DNA of 64,000 nucleotides from an uncultured Candidatus Saccharibacteria bacterium (GCA_964534305.1 CAZHPR010000002.1:27986-91985); one strand, 5' to 3'. Shown: positions 47,231 through 57,088, counted from the stretch's first letter. Program-made: numbers and translations. Notes: generated by a model not told the origin, from the sequence alone.

Positions 47231-49912
47231 ATGACCCCATTTAATCAATTTACAACAAAAGCAAAGGAAGTGATAAGGAGAGCTCATGAGCTCGTTATTG
47301 AACGTGGCCAAAATCATGTCGGCCCACTACATCTTTTGACCGCTCTTATTTTGCAGGAAGAAAGTATGGTTGCTTCTATTTTAGATCGACTTGAGGTTGA
47401 TACCATATTACTCACAGACTCTTTGCTCGAGGCGATGGAGACTGGTACAACTGGCAGCACAATGTCTCCTTCTTATCAGATATATCTGACTCCAGAGCTG
47501 GCTCACATAATAGACAACTCTTCAAAGGTTGCTTCGTCTATGAATGATGAGTTTGTTTCTACTGAACATCTCTTCCTTTCTTGTCTTGATGTTCCAAGTA
47601 GCGCAAAGGATATGCTTTCTAAATTTAAGATAGAGAAAGAGAAAGTAATGTTTGTGATTCAAGAAATAAAACAGGGCAAGACTGTAGAAAGTAAGCCGGT
47701 AACAAAAAACAAAAACATAATAAAATACACGAGATCACTTACCAAACTAGCAGAAGACAATAAATTAGACCCTGTCGTTGGTAGGGACGATGAGATTTCT
47801 AGAATAATCCAAATTCTTTCAAGGAGGACCAAGAATAATCCTATCCTTATTGGAGAAGCAGGAGTGGGTAAAACCGCGATTGCAGAAGGTCTTGCAATGC
47901 GTATCGCTTCTGGCAACGTACCAGAGTCACTAAAGGGTAAGGAGCTCGTCTCTCTTGATTTGGGACTCCTTGTTGCTGGTACCAAATATAGAGGTGAATT
48001 TGAAGAGAGACTGAAAAATATAATCAAGGAGATAGAAAAGTCAGAGGGTAAAATAATCTTGTTTATTGATGAGATACACACCATCGTCGGTGCGGGCTCT
48101 GCTGAAGGCTCTCTCGATGCTTCAAACATGCTAAAGCCACCTCTTGCTAGAGGCGAACTTCGTGCGATAGGAGCGACAACCCTCAAGGAATATCAAAAGC
48201 ATATTGAGAAAGATCCAGCTCTTACAAGGAGATTTCAACCTGTTATGGTTGCAGAACCTTCGGTTGAGGACGCCATTACAATCCTAAGAGGTCTCAAAGA
48301 AAAATACGAGTTATATCACGGAGTGCATATTACAGATGATGCGATAAAGGCTGCCGTAAACCTCTCGTCTAGGTATATCACCGATAGATTTTTGCCGGAT
48401 AAGGCAGTAGATCTTATTGATGAAGCTGCGAGCCACCTCAAGATTTCTCTAGAAAATATGCCGCCGATACTCCAAGAGACAAATTCAAAAATTGTAAAAC
48501 TTGAAATAGAAAGAGAAGCTCTCAAAAAAGAAAACGGCAAAAATGCAAAAGCCAAAGCCAGACTCAAGGAGATAGAAAAGGAGATTGCTGATCTCAGAGA
48601 AAAAACTTCGGAGATAGATTTGAAGTGGAAGAATGAAAAAGAAACAGTAAATGAAATAAAATCTCTCAAAAAAGAATTGGAAAACGCGCGTCTTGAAGCA
48701 GAGTCTGCTGAGGCTCATGTTGATCTCTCAAGAGCGGCTGAAATAAGATATGGCAAGATTCCAGAACTACAAAAAGATCTTGATACAAATATGAAGAAAC
48801 TCAAAAAGCTTCAGAGTTCAAGACAGATACTTCGAGAAGAGATTACCGAAAATGATATTGCATCCATTGTTGCAAAATGGACAGGTATACCTGTGAGCAG
48901 AATGCTTGAAGAAGAAGCTGGTAAGCTTTTGCGAATGGAAGAAGAACTCAAAAAGAGGATTGTTGGTCAGGATGAAGCCGTACAAAAAATCTCGGACACT
49001 ATAAAGAGAAGTAGAGCTGGTATTGGCGATCCGAACAAGCCGATAGGTTCTTTTATCTTCCTAGGACCTACTGGAGTTGGTAAGACAGAACTTACAAAGG
49101 CCTTGGCTGAATTTATGTTCAATGATGAAAAGGCGCTTATAAGAGTAGATATGTCAGAGTTTATGGAAAAGCACAGCGTCTCAAAGCTTATCGGTGCTCC
49201 TCCTGGTTATGTTGGTTTTGATGACGCTGGTGGTATTACCGAAATGGTAAGACATAGACCGTACTCAATAGTTCTCTTTGATGAGATAGAAAAGGCACAC
49301 CCAGAAGTGTTCAACGTGCTTCTACAAGTATTGGATAATGGTAGACTCACTGACTCAAAGGGTAGAACTGTAAACTTCAAAAACAGCATCATAATAATGA
49401 CCTCAAATATCGGAGCTCAGTTTATAGAAAAGATGGAAAGAATGGGTTTTGGTGAAAGAGGGGAGACAAAAGAATATGAAAATGTGAAGGATAAGGTTTT
49501 GGAAGCCCTCAAGGATTACTTTAGACCTGAGTTTCTAAACAGGGTAGATGATATTGTTGTCTTTGACGTGCTTCCGAAAGAGGCTATTAGGGATATTGTT
49601 AGGATCCAGATTGGTCTTGTGGAAGAGAGGCTCAAGGAAAAGGAGATAGAGCTCGTTGTTTCTAATGAGGCGCTTGATTATCTTGCAAAAGAAGGATACA
49701 ACCCTCAGTACGGTGCAAGACCTCTCAAGAGACTTATCCAAAACAAGATACTCAACAAGGTTGCTTCTCTTATCATCTCAAAGTCTATTGTGAGAGGTGG
49801 TTCTGTTTTGGTTGGGCTTAAAGATAATGATCTCACTTTTGAAGTAAAAAAGGGAAGGAAGGGTTCAATCATTGAAGCAAGTATCTTAGACGTTGGAGTG
49901 CCTACAAACTAA
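47231..49912 (+). CDS. clpB: ATP-dependent chaperone ClpB
   Basis: Two AAA modules (GEAGVGKT, GPTGVGKT), long coiled-coil M domain, AAEIRYG. Confidence 0.95.
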   Translation: MTPFNQFTTKAKEVIRRAHELVIERGQNHVGPLHLLTALILQEESMVASILDRLEVDTILLTDSLLEAMETGTTGSTMSPSYQIYLTPELAHIIDNSSKVASSMNDEFVSTEHLFLSCLDVPSSAKDMLSKFKIEKEKVMFVIQEIKQGKTVESKPVTKNKNIIKYTRSLTKLAEDNKLDPVVGRDDEISRIIQILSRRTKNNPILIGEAGVGKTAIAEGLAMRIASGNVPESLKGKELVSLDLGLLVAGTKYRGEFEERLKNIIKEIEKSEGKIILFIDEIHTIVGAGSAEGSLDASNMLKPPLARGELRAIGATTLKEYQKHIEKDPALTRRFQPVMVAEPSVEDAITILRGLKEKYELYHGVHITDDAIKAAVNLSSRYITDRFLPDKAVDLIDEAASHLKISLENMPPILQETNSKIVKLEIEREALKKENGKNAKAKARLKEIEKEIADLREKTSEIDLKWKNEKETVNEIKSLKKELENARLEAESAEAHVDLSRAAEIRYGKIPELQKDLDTNMKKLKKLQSSRQILREEITENDIASIVAKWTGIPVSRMLEEEAGKLLRMEEELKKRIVGQDEAVQKISDTIKRSRAGIGDPNKPIGSFIFLGPTGVGKTELTKALAEFMFNDEKALIRVDMSEFMEKHSVSKLIGAPPGYVGFDDAGGITEMVRHRPYSIVLFDEIEKAHPEVFNVLLQVLDNGRLTDSKGRTVNFKNSIIIMTSNIGAQFIEKMERMGFGERGETKEYENVKDKVLEALKDYFRPEFLNRVDDIVVFDVLPKEAIRDIVRIQIGLVEERLKEKEIELVVSNEALDYLAKEGYNPQYGARPLKRLIQNKILNKVASLIISKSIVRGGSVLVGLKDNDLTFEVKKGRKGSIIEASILDVGVPTN

Positions 49913-49971
49913 GAATAAGGAGGTAAAAGCAAAATTAAAACAGGCTTTACGCCTGTTTTAATTTTGCCCTG

Positions 49972-50053
49972 TGCGCCGAGAGGGACTCGCACCCCCGAAG
50001 GCCGAAGCCGCGAGATTTACAGTCTCGTGTAATTGCTACTATACGATCGGCGC
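49972..50053 (-). tRNA. tRNA-Tyr(GTA), non-canonical D and T loops
   Basis: CGAGA-CT-GTA-AA-TCTCG, variable arm; T-loop TGCGAGT; D-loop lacks GG. Confidence 0.88.
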
Positions 50054-50156
50054 ATTTTATTAGGACAAAAAGATTTTAGCAGATTTCTCTCAATTTTTCA
50101 AAAATTGCTTATTTTGTTATAAGTAGTATAAATAAAAATAGAAAGGTGGGTTTAGC

Positions 50157-50450
50157 ATGATTCTTTTTAGTAACACCGAGCAGGATTGGCCGGAAGCTGT
50201 AAGAAACGTTTATTTTGCCCGTGTTCTGGGCTTTGATGGGCAGCGTCCGTACAAAGATGTTTATCCGTGGTTTGATGAAGAGATTGAATTCATCAGACGA
50301 CGTTTCGGTCACAAACTCACTGGTGATGAGTGTAAAAAGATCTTGACCCAGATGATCAGTGACGGTCTGCTTACTCATGAAGGCGGTATACTGAAGATCA
50401 CCGAACTCGGTCGTGAGAAAGCTAGAGAATATATCACGGTCTTGAGTTGA
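50157..50450 (+). CDS. Hypothetical protein, possibly winged-helix-like
   Basis: L..M...GL........IT..G pattern; AAGGTGG SD-like site. Confidence 0.55.
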   Translation: MILFSNTEQDWPEAVRNVYFARVLGFDGQRPYKDVYPWFDEEIEFIRRRFGHKLTGDECKKILTQMISDGLLTHEGGILKITELGREKAREYITVLS

Positions 50451-50529
50451 CGACAACGACATGAAAGGTCGGCGTAATCAGTCGCTGACCTTTTATCTTT
50501 GTGTTATATTTAAAAAAGGAAAGGGGACT

Positions 50530-50643
50530 ATGAAGTTATCTTTTGTTATTTTCGTTTTGATTATCGTGGCTATCGGATGCACAGCTATTTCATCAAGCAA
50601 GAAACCAAAAAGCTGGTCGCAAGACACGGAGTCAAAGAAATAA
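50530..50643 (+). CDS. 37-aa membrane or lipoprotein-like peptide
   Basis: AAGGGG SD; MKLSFVIFVLIIVAIGC; followed by a hairpin. Confidence 0.45.
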   Translation: MKLSFVIFVLIIVAIGCTAISSSKKPKSWSQDTESKK

Positions 50644-50703
50644 GTAGTGGTTTGTAAAAACTGTAGTAGCTCGGGATGCACAAGTTGCGCCCGGGTTTGT
50701 TTT

Positions 50704-52011
50704 TTATAAAAGTTTCTTGGTCCAGGTGTAGATATTGCCGGCGCCCATAAGGACGACGCAGAGAGGTTTGCCCGCCTGCACTGATGGGTCTGTTTTTATA
50801 TTTTCTAATTTTTGTTTCAATTCCTCAACGTTTTCTACCGTTTCTGCGAGCTCTTTGTTGCTGTTTTTGTTTATAGCGTCGCTAAGTAGGGTGTTTGTGA
50901 TAGTCGGGTCAAACTCTTCTCTTACTGTAAGTATGGGGGCGAGGTAGACTTTGTCTGAGAGAGATAGGGCTTGTATAAAGTCATTGAACAAAAGTTTTGT
51001 TCTACTCTGCTGGTGAGCCTCAAAGACACAGACTATTTCTCTCTCTGGATACTTTTGTTTGAGTGCAAGGAGAGAAGCTCTTATCTCTGTTGGGTGATGA
51101 GCGTAGTCGTCGTAGTACACTGTATTATCCTTCTCGCCTTTGTATTCAAGTCTCCTCCAGGTGCCGTGGAAACTTTTTATGTACTCAAAACACTTTTCTT
51201 TTTCTACTCCAAGAGATTCTAGTGTTTTGATTGCGGCCTTTGCATTATCTTGATTGTGTTCTCCTGGTAATTTTATTTCCAGATTTTCTTTTATATCTTT
51301 ATAGTTTATTACTTTTGCTTTTGCTTCCATCAAACAGTCTTGTATATTTTGGCTTTCTAAGTCAGTTATGATAAATCCATCCTCTGGCACCTTGTTTGCT
51401 ATTTCTCTAAAAGCATTTTTTATATCCTCAAGGTCTTTGTAATAATCAAGATGGTCTGCCTCAATGTTTGTTATCACAAGTATTTGGGGTGAGAGGTTTA
51501 GGAAAGATCTTTTGTATTCACAAGCCTCCACAACAAGATAGTTGCTTTTGCCGGATAAGAAGTTGCTATTTTTGCCGTTTAGTTTTGATCCGATTATTAC
51601 TGTCGGATCTAGTCCGGCTTCTTTCATAATATGCGAGATCATGCCGGTCGTTGTTGTCTTACCGTGAGTTCCAGAGATTGCGACTGTATACATCTCTTTT
51701 GAAATCTCACCAAGTGCTTCTGGATAGGTTTTGCATACAATACCTCTATTTCTCGCTTCCAAGAGTTCTGGATTATTCTCTGGTATTGCAATCGTGTATA
51801 TAACCATCTCAGTATCTTCTTTTATATTTTCAGCTTTTTGTCCGATGTTTATTTTTATACCTGTTTTTTCTAGGTCTTCTGTTATCTCAGATTTGCTTGA
51901 GTCTGATCCGGACACATTTTTGCCCTTTTCTTTGAGCATTCTGGCGATAGCAGAAACGCCAATTCCACCTATTCCTATAAAATAATAATTTTGGTAATCA
52001 AATAATTTCAT
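50704..52011 (-). CDS. murC: UDP-N-acetylmuramate--L-alanine ligase
   Basis: FIGIGGIG.S, GTHGKTTT, EACE, DHLDYY, DDYAHHP.E, MGAG. Confidence 0.96.
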   Translation of the reverse strand: MKLFDYQNYYFIGIGGIGVSAIARMLKEKGKNVSGSDSSKSEITEDLEKTGIKINIGQKAENIKEDTEMVIYTIAIPENNPELLEARNRGIVCKTYPEALGEISKEMYTVAISGTHGKTTTTGMISHIMKEAGLDPTVIIGSKLNGKNSNFLSGKSNYLVVEACEYKRSFLNLSPQILVITNIEADHLDYYKDLEDIKNAFREIANKVPEDGFIITDLESQNIQDCLMEAKAKVINYKDIKENLEIKLPGEHNQDNAKAAIKTLESLGVEKEKCFEYIKSFHGTWRRLEYKGEKDNTVYYDDYAHHPTEIRASLLALKQKYPEREIVCVFEAHQQSRTKLLFNDFIQALSLSDKVYLAPILTVREEFDPTITNTLLSDAINKNSNKELAETVENVEELKQKLENIKTDPSVQAGKPLCVVLMGAGNIYTWTKKLL

Positions 52012-52060
52012 TGTTTGATTATCTCATATATGGTATAAAAAAGCAGGAAGGAGGTGCTTC

Positions 52061-52252
52061 TTGCGCCAAAGGAATAGACGTTTTTTGATTGGAAGGATCA
52101 TCCGTTGTTTTGAGAGGAAACAGCGGTTGCCCCGTAGACTTTCGTTGCTGCCGCCGTCTCTCATCGAAGAAATGATCGACGGAGTGCCTGAGAATAAGGG
52201 GGGTGTAATCAATGCACTCAGGGATATTTTGAGAGCGCAAGGGGTGTTATGA
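52061..52252 (+). CDS. Hypothetical 63-aa protein
   Basis: AAGGAGGT SD before a TTG start; ATGA overlap with the next gene. Confidence 0.45.
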   Translation: MRQRNRRFLIGRIIRCFERKQRLPRRLSLLPPSLIEEMIDGVPENKGGVINALRDILRAQGVL

Positions 52253-52977
52253 TCTACCATCCCTACATGGATGTTAAGATACCAGACCTTTCGTACCTAA
52301 GGGCGCGGAAGGATGGGTATAAGTCTGTGCCGATAAGACCTGTTGCAGAGGAGTGTGTTGTTGTAAATGACAGATTCTTGTGCAGAAGCTACTATTGGCA
52401 TTATGACCCCAGGCCTCCTGGCGCGATGGAGGAGATCCTGCTCAGAACTTCTGTTGTGGAGAAGCTTCTCAGGATTGAGAGGCAGTTACTACCACTTGGT
52501 CTGAGACTTATCATTCAGGAGGGTTACAGGCCAATTTCTGTGCAAGATTTTGTGCAGGGTTACTCTGTCACTAAACAGCTCAGGAAAGAAAACCCCAATT
52601 TAAGTGATGGGCAGATTGTTGAGCTCGCAAAGCAATTTGCAGCTTCAGCTAACGGCAACGTACAGACTTCTCCTCCGCCACATCTGACTGGCGGTGCAGT
52701 TGATCTGAATTTGGTTTATATCGATAGCTACGAGCAAGTCAATATGGCCAAAAAACTCGGTCTTTTTAGTACCGCGTATCCCGATTCTCTCGAAAGCATG
52801 GACGCTGAGGGGATTGAGGAGGCGCGCAGGTTCAGAAGGCTCCTTTACTGGATGCTCTTTTATGAGAACATGGTCACCAACCCGACAGAGTGGTGGCATG
52901 CCTCATGCGGCGATCAACTATGGGCCTCGGTCAAGTGTAGGCCTTATGCTCACTTTGGTCCTGCGAGGTTCGATTGA
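52249..52977 (+). CDS. D-Ala-D-Ala dipeptidase (VanX/DdpX, M15D)
   Basis: EGYRP..VQ, PH.TGGAVDL, EWWH zinc motifs. Confidence 0.88.
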   Translation: MIYHPYMDVKIPDLSYLRARKDGYKSVPIRPVAEECVVVNDRFLCRSYYWHYDPRPPGAMEEILLRTSVVEKLLRIERQLLPLGLRLIIQEGYRPISVQDFVQGYSVTKQLRKENPNLSDGQIVELAKQFAASANGNVQTSPPPHLTGGAVDLNLVYIDSYEQVNMAKKLGLFSTAYPDSLESMDAEGIEEARRFRRLLYWMLFYENMVTNPTEWWHASCGDQLWASVKCRPYAHFGPARFD

Positions 52978-53021
52978 GCGGGCTCTAGAGATGGAGCCCG
53001 CTTTCTAATTTATGTTATTAT

Positions 53022-54368
53022 ATGCAAATGCAAATAAAAGGTAAAAAAGTGCTTCTTATGGGGCTTGGTATATTAGGTGGTGGGGTTGCAACAGCAGAAT
53101 GGCTCTTGGAACAAGGAGCAGCTTTGACTATAACAGACATGAAGGACGCAGAGGCACTCAAGGTTTCTTTGGAAAAATTAGATAAACATAAAAAAAATAT
53201 AAAATTTGTACTTGGAGAACACAGAGAAGAAGATTTTTTGAATAATGAAATAATTGTAGTAAATCCAGATGTACCGATAGATAACAAGTTTGTAAAATTT
53301 GCAAAAGAGAATGGCAAGGTTATAGAAAATGAGCTAAGTCTTTTTTATAAACTTTGTAATACTATAAACACAGTGGGTATAACAGGTACGAGAGGTAAGA
53401 CGACCACCGTCAATTGGACCGCCCATCTTTTGGAAGCGCCTATCGTTGGTAACTCTCCAGATAATCCATTTTTGGGGGATCGGGTTTCCCAAAACCTTGA
53501 AAGATTAGTGCTAGAAATACCCTCTTTTCAACTTGAACTTGTGGGAGAGTATACAGATAGTTTGGATTACAAGCTCTCTCCTCACGTTGCCGTTATTACA
53601 AACCTGTACAGAGATCATATAAACAGACACAAGACTATGGAGGGCTATGCGCTTGCAAAAGCAAATATATTTAAATATCAAGATGAAAACGACTATCTTA
53701 TTTTAAACAAAGATAATGAATGGACGGATTTTTTCTTGCAGCAAAAACCAAAGTCAAAAGTAATCTTGTTTTCCAAAGAAGATAATTTTGATTTTTTGGA
53801 TAAAGATAATTTTGTTGCAAAGTGGGGAGAACACAATCTTGCAAACCTTGTTGTCGCGATACGGGTAGCAAAGATTTTTGGTATTGCTGATGACAAGATA
53901 AAGGAGAGGATAGAAACCTTGCCGCAGATAAAATTTAGGCAAGAAAAAGTTTTTGATAATGGAGAAATTGAAATATATAATGATACCTCAGCAACTTCTC
54001 CAGAAGCTACAATCGCCGCAGTAGAAAGGTTTAAAGTTTCTGAAAATTTGATACTTATATCTGGTGGTACAGATAAAGAATTAGAATTTGATGGTTTTGC
54101 AAAGGAGATCAGGAATATGATCAAGCCAGAAAATATGATACTACTTTCTGGTAGCGCGACAGAAAAGATGAAAAAAGAATTAAATCTTGATTCTTATAAT
54201 GAATTCGATACCCTTGAAGACTGTGTCAAAAAAGCTCTTGATTTGGCAAAAAGCTTGATAGGCAAAAAGGTTATACTGTTTTCTCCTGCTTCAAAAAGTT
54301 TTGAGAAGTTTAAAAATGAGTTTGACAGGGGAGAGAAGTTTAATGTTATAGTTAAAGAATTGATATGA
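53022..54368 (+). CDS. murD: UDP-N-acetylmuramoyl-L-alanine--D-glutamate ligase
   Basis: MGLG..G.G, GITGT.GKTT, LE..SFQL, DH..RH, YND...T, SPA..SF..F.N...RG. Confidence 0.93.
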   Translation: MQMQIKGKKVLLMGLGILGGGVATAEWLLEQGAALTITDMKDAEALKVSLEKLDKHKKNIKFVLGEHREEDFLNNEIIVVNPDVPIDNKFVKFAKENGKVIENELSLFYKLCNTINTVGITGTRGKTTTVNWTAHLLEAPIVGNSPDNPFLGDRVSQNLERLVLEIPSFQLELVGEYTDSLDYKLSPHVAVITNLYRDHINRHKTMEGYALAKANIFKYQDENDYLILNKDNEWTDFFLQQKPKSKVILFSKEDNFDFLDKDNFVAKWGEHNLANLVVAIRVAKIFGIADDKIKERIETLPQIKFRQEKVFDNGEIEIYNDTSATSPEATIAAVERFKVSENLILISGGTDKELEFDGFAKEIRNMIKPENMILLSGSATEKMKKELNLDSYNEFDTLEDCVKKALDLAKSLIGKKVILFSPASKSFEKFKNEFDRGEKFNVIVKELI

Positions 54369-55213
54369 ATCCATATTGTTTTCTAAATGGACAAATATTG
54401 CCACTGAGTGAGGCAAAGGTTTCTATAAACGATATTGGGCTTTTGAGAGGCTTTGGTATCTACGATGGGCTTGCGGTTTTTAGCGGTAAGCCGTTTAGGT
54501 TTGCTGATCACTTCAAAAGATTTTTAGATGGAGCTCATGCTTTGAATCTAAACGTACCTATCACAGAAGAAAAAGCCGAAAAGGTCATAATAGAAATAGC
54601 TGAGAAGTCTGACCTAGCTTCCCCGGGCAGTAGGGCTAATGTAAGGATGATACTTACAGGAGGAGAGACAATAGGGGGCATAGAGTATGATTTTGATAAA
54701 CCAACATTTTATATAATTATAGAAAAGTTTGAACCACTACCAAAAGAACTCTATGAAAAGGGTAGTAAGCTCATTACTTATAGGTATAAAAGAGAGTTGC
54801 CAGAGCACAAGACAATAAACTATATAACCGCGGTAAATTTGCAGAATTACAAAAAGGATCAGGGCGCGGTAGAAATACTTTATGTCTATGATGGAGAAGT
54901 TTTGGAATGTAGCACCAGCAATATTTTTTTGGTAAAGGACAACAAACTCATTACTCCACTCGATGGCGTCTTAGAAGGTATTACAAAGAAGGTTGTACTA
55001 GAGATCGCAAAGCAAGAGGGGATAGAAATAGAAGAGAGGGTTGTTTATGAGGAGGAGCTTGGTACGTCAGATGAAGTTTTTATCACCTCTTCCTTTAAGG
55101 ATCTGGTGCCGATTGTAAAGGTTGATGATTTTGTTGTTGGGAATGAAAATATCGGTGAGATGACAAAGAAGCTAATGCTCAAATTTGAGCAATATATTGC
55201 AAATTTTTCCTAA
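54365..55213 (+). CDS. PLP fold-type IV aminotransferase (D-amino-acid or branched-chain type)
   Basis: D.GLLRG.GIYD, H..RF, K..NY, E....NIF, L.GIT, E.F.TSS. Confidence 0.9.
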   Translation: MNPYCFLNGQILPLSEAKVSINDIGLLRGFGIYDGLAVFSGKPFRFADHFKRFLDGAHALNLNVPITEEKAEKVIIEIAEKSDLASPGSRANVRMILTGGETIGGIEYDFDKPTFYIIIEKFEPLPKELYEKGSKLITYRYKRELPEHKTINYITAVNLQNYKKDQGAVEILYVYDGEVLECSTSNIFLVKDNKLITPLDGVLEGITKKVVLEIAKQEGIEIEERVVYEEELGTSDEVFITSSFKDLVPIVKVDDFVVGNENIGEMTKKLMLKFEQYIANFS

Positions 55214-55279
55214 TGTGTTAGTATTGTTTTGCTTACAACTTTTGTAACAATTCGTTAATTAATTCGTTATTTTGTATTT

Positions 55280-55435
55280 ATGTCACAAGATCAGCTTATA
55301 AAACTAGTACACAAAGACACTGGAGAGGTGTATTGGACACGCAAAAATAAGCGCAAAGTAGAGCGCAAAATCGAGCTAAAGAAGTACTCAAAGAAGCTCA
55401 AGAAAAGGGTGGTTTTTAAGGAAGCGAAGAAATAA
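55280..55435 (+). CDS. rpmG: 50S ribosomal protein L33 (not in ORF track)
   Basis: MSQDQLIKLVHKDTGEVYWTRKNKRKVERKIELKKYSKKLKKRVVFKEAKK; Cys-free form. Confidence 0.93.
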   Translation: MSQDQLIKLVHKDTGEVYWTRKNKRKVERKIELKKYSKKLKKRVVFKEAKK

Positions 55436-55535
55436 TTGCTTTGCAATTATTTCAGTAGCTAGTAGCAAGAATCCAGTATCGAGGTAGTAACAAAAATTCG
55501 CCAAAACGGCGAATTTTTGTTAAGTTATAACACAA

Positions 55536-55606
55536 GGGTGATTAGTTAAATGGTATAACAGCGGTCTCCAAAACCGCGGTTGGGGGTCCGATTCCTCCAT
55601 CACCCG
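55536..55606 (+). tRNA. tRNA-Trp(CCA)
   Basis: GGGTGAT/ATCACCC acceptor stem, CT-CCA-AA loop; T-loop TCCGATT. Confidence 0.92.
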
Positions 55607-55612
55607 CAAAAA

Positions 55613-56626
55613 TTATCTTAAAAATTTTTTGACTTCTTTTTGTACCAAACTAGATTTTGGTGGGAGCCAGATGATACTCTTGTCCTTCTTGAAATAAGTC
55701 ATTTGGCGTTTTGCATAATGCCAGATTTCTTTTTGCAACCTATCTATCATTTCTAGCTTGGTTATTTTTTTATCCAAAAGGTCTGCCATTGCTCCATATT
55801 CAAGACCAAGCCCTCTCATTCTTTTGTAACTTAAACCTTTCTTGTAAAGTCTCTTTGCTTCTTGTATCATCCCTGATTTTATTCTTTTTTCTAACCTTTT
55901 GTTTATTCTTTTCCTCAACTTCTCTTCATCTAAAAAATAACTCACCCTGCCCTCTCTTACTACAAGAGAGGGTTCTGGGAGCCCCTTCCTATTGTTGTAA
56001 GAGGAAGGGGTGGGGGATGGAGTTATCGGCGCAACACCAATCTTCAAAACATCATATTTCCTAGATGCTAGGTACTGGCTACTAGCTACTTGCTTCGGGA
56101 CTTTTCCCAAAGCTTTGCAGATTTCTATCGCCCGCACTAGTCTCCTTGGATTTTTGCTATCAATGTTTGAAGCTCTTTCTGGATCAAGTTTTTGTAAAAT
56201 TTTAAAAAGTTCTTCTGTGGTCTTTTGTTCTAATTCTTTTCTTAACTCCAAATTGGGTGGGACTTCTGGAATAATTTTTTCTCCCAAAAAAGCGTCTATA
56301 TAAAAACCTGTTCCTCCACATATGATGGGTATTTTTTTCTTGTTAACAATTTGGACGGTCGTCTTATTTGTTAATGAGACAAAATCAGAAGCGGTAAAAA
56401 CTTTTTTTGGAGAGCAGACATCGAGTAGGTGGTGGGGGACACCCTGCATTTCTTTTTTGGTAATTTTGCCGGTACCAATATTTAGACCTTTATAAACTTG
56501 TCTTGAGTCAGCAGAGATTACCTCTCCGCCAAACTTTTTGGCAATTTGTACAGCCAAGTCGCTCTTGCCACTTGCAGTAGGTCCTAGGATTACAATTGTT
56601 TTGGGTAAGTTATTTTTCTCTGACAT
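55613..56626 (-). CDS. miaA: tRNA dimethylallyltransferase, with repeat-derived insertions
   Basis: GPTASGKS, ISADSRQVY, GT.K, PHHL.D, GGTGFY, YAKRQ.T. Confidence 0.97.
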   Translation of the reverse strand: MSEKNNLPKTIVILGPTASGKSDLAVQIAKKFGGEVISADSRQVYKGLNIGTGKITKKEMQGVPHHLLDVCSPKKVFTASDFVSLTNKTTVQIVNKKKIPIICGGTGFYIDAFLGEKIIPEVPPNLELRKELEQKTTEELFKILQKLDPERASNIDSKNPRRLVRAIEICKALGKVPKQVASSQYLASRKYDVLKIGVAPITPSPTPSSYNNRKGLPEPSLVVREGRVSYFLDEEKLRKRINKRLEKRIKSGMIQEAKRLYKKGLSYKRMRGLGLEYGAMADLLDKKITKLEMIDRLQKEIWHYAKRQMTYFKKDKSIIWLPPKSSLVQKEVKKFLR

Positions 56627-56846
56627 AGGCAAATCTCGGTCCTTTGTATCCGATTTCAGGCTTGTCTATCTTCTCTAGAAACATAGCAATAGGTCTCACC
56701 CACATTGTGTTTGCCTCCTTTCCTTTCATAGGATCAGGGTGTATATAAACAACCATTTGTTCCTGTGTTTCGCTGTGTAGAGCGACCCCGATTACCTCAA
56801 CTTCTGTTCCTTTAAAATATCTGTAAATACCCTTTTTGATTTCCAT
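56610..56846 (-). CDS. DUF1653-like protein
   Basis: G.YR.FKG, A.HSET.E..VVY, WVRP..MF, PRF. Confidence 0.85.
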   Translation of the reverse strand: MEIKKGIYRYFKGTEVEVIGVALHSETQEQMVVYIHPDPMKGKEANTMWVRPIAMFLEKIDKPEIGYKGPRFAYVREK

Positions 56847-56927
56847 TTTTGTTTTGGTCTGTATTGATTTTAGACCTATTTATAGTAAAGTTGATTATAG
56901 GATAAAGATTTAAAGTTATCAATTAAT

Positions 56928-57008
56928 GCCGGAGTGGCGGAATGGTAGACGCGCACGACTCAAAATCGTGTCTCGCAAGGGGTGAGAGTTCAAGTCTCTC
57001 CTCCGGCA
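56928..57008 (+). tRNA. tRNA-Leu(CAA)
   Basis: CACGA-CT-CAA-AA-TCGTG, variable arm. Confidence 0.96.
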
Positions 57009-57010
57009 CA

Positions 57011-57088
57011 ACGAAAAGGTTTGCAATTAATAATAAAAAGCTACATGCATACATAGTTGGCATGGTTCTTGGTGATATAAATCCATAA
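57011..57088 (+). pseudogene. Possible remnant of a LAGLIDADG-type gene
   Basis: Reads TKRFAINNKKLHAYIVGMVLGD then INP-stop; ACG could be a decayed ATG. Confidence 0.45.
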
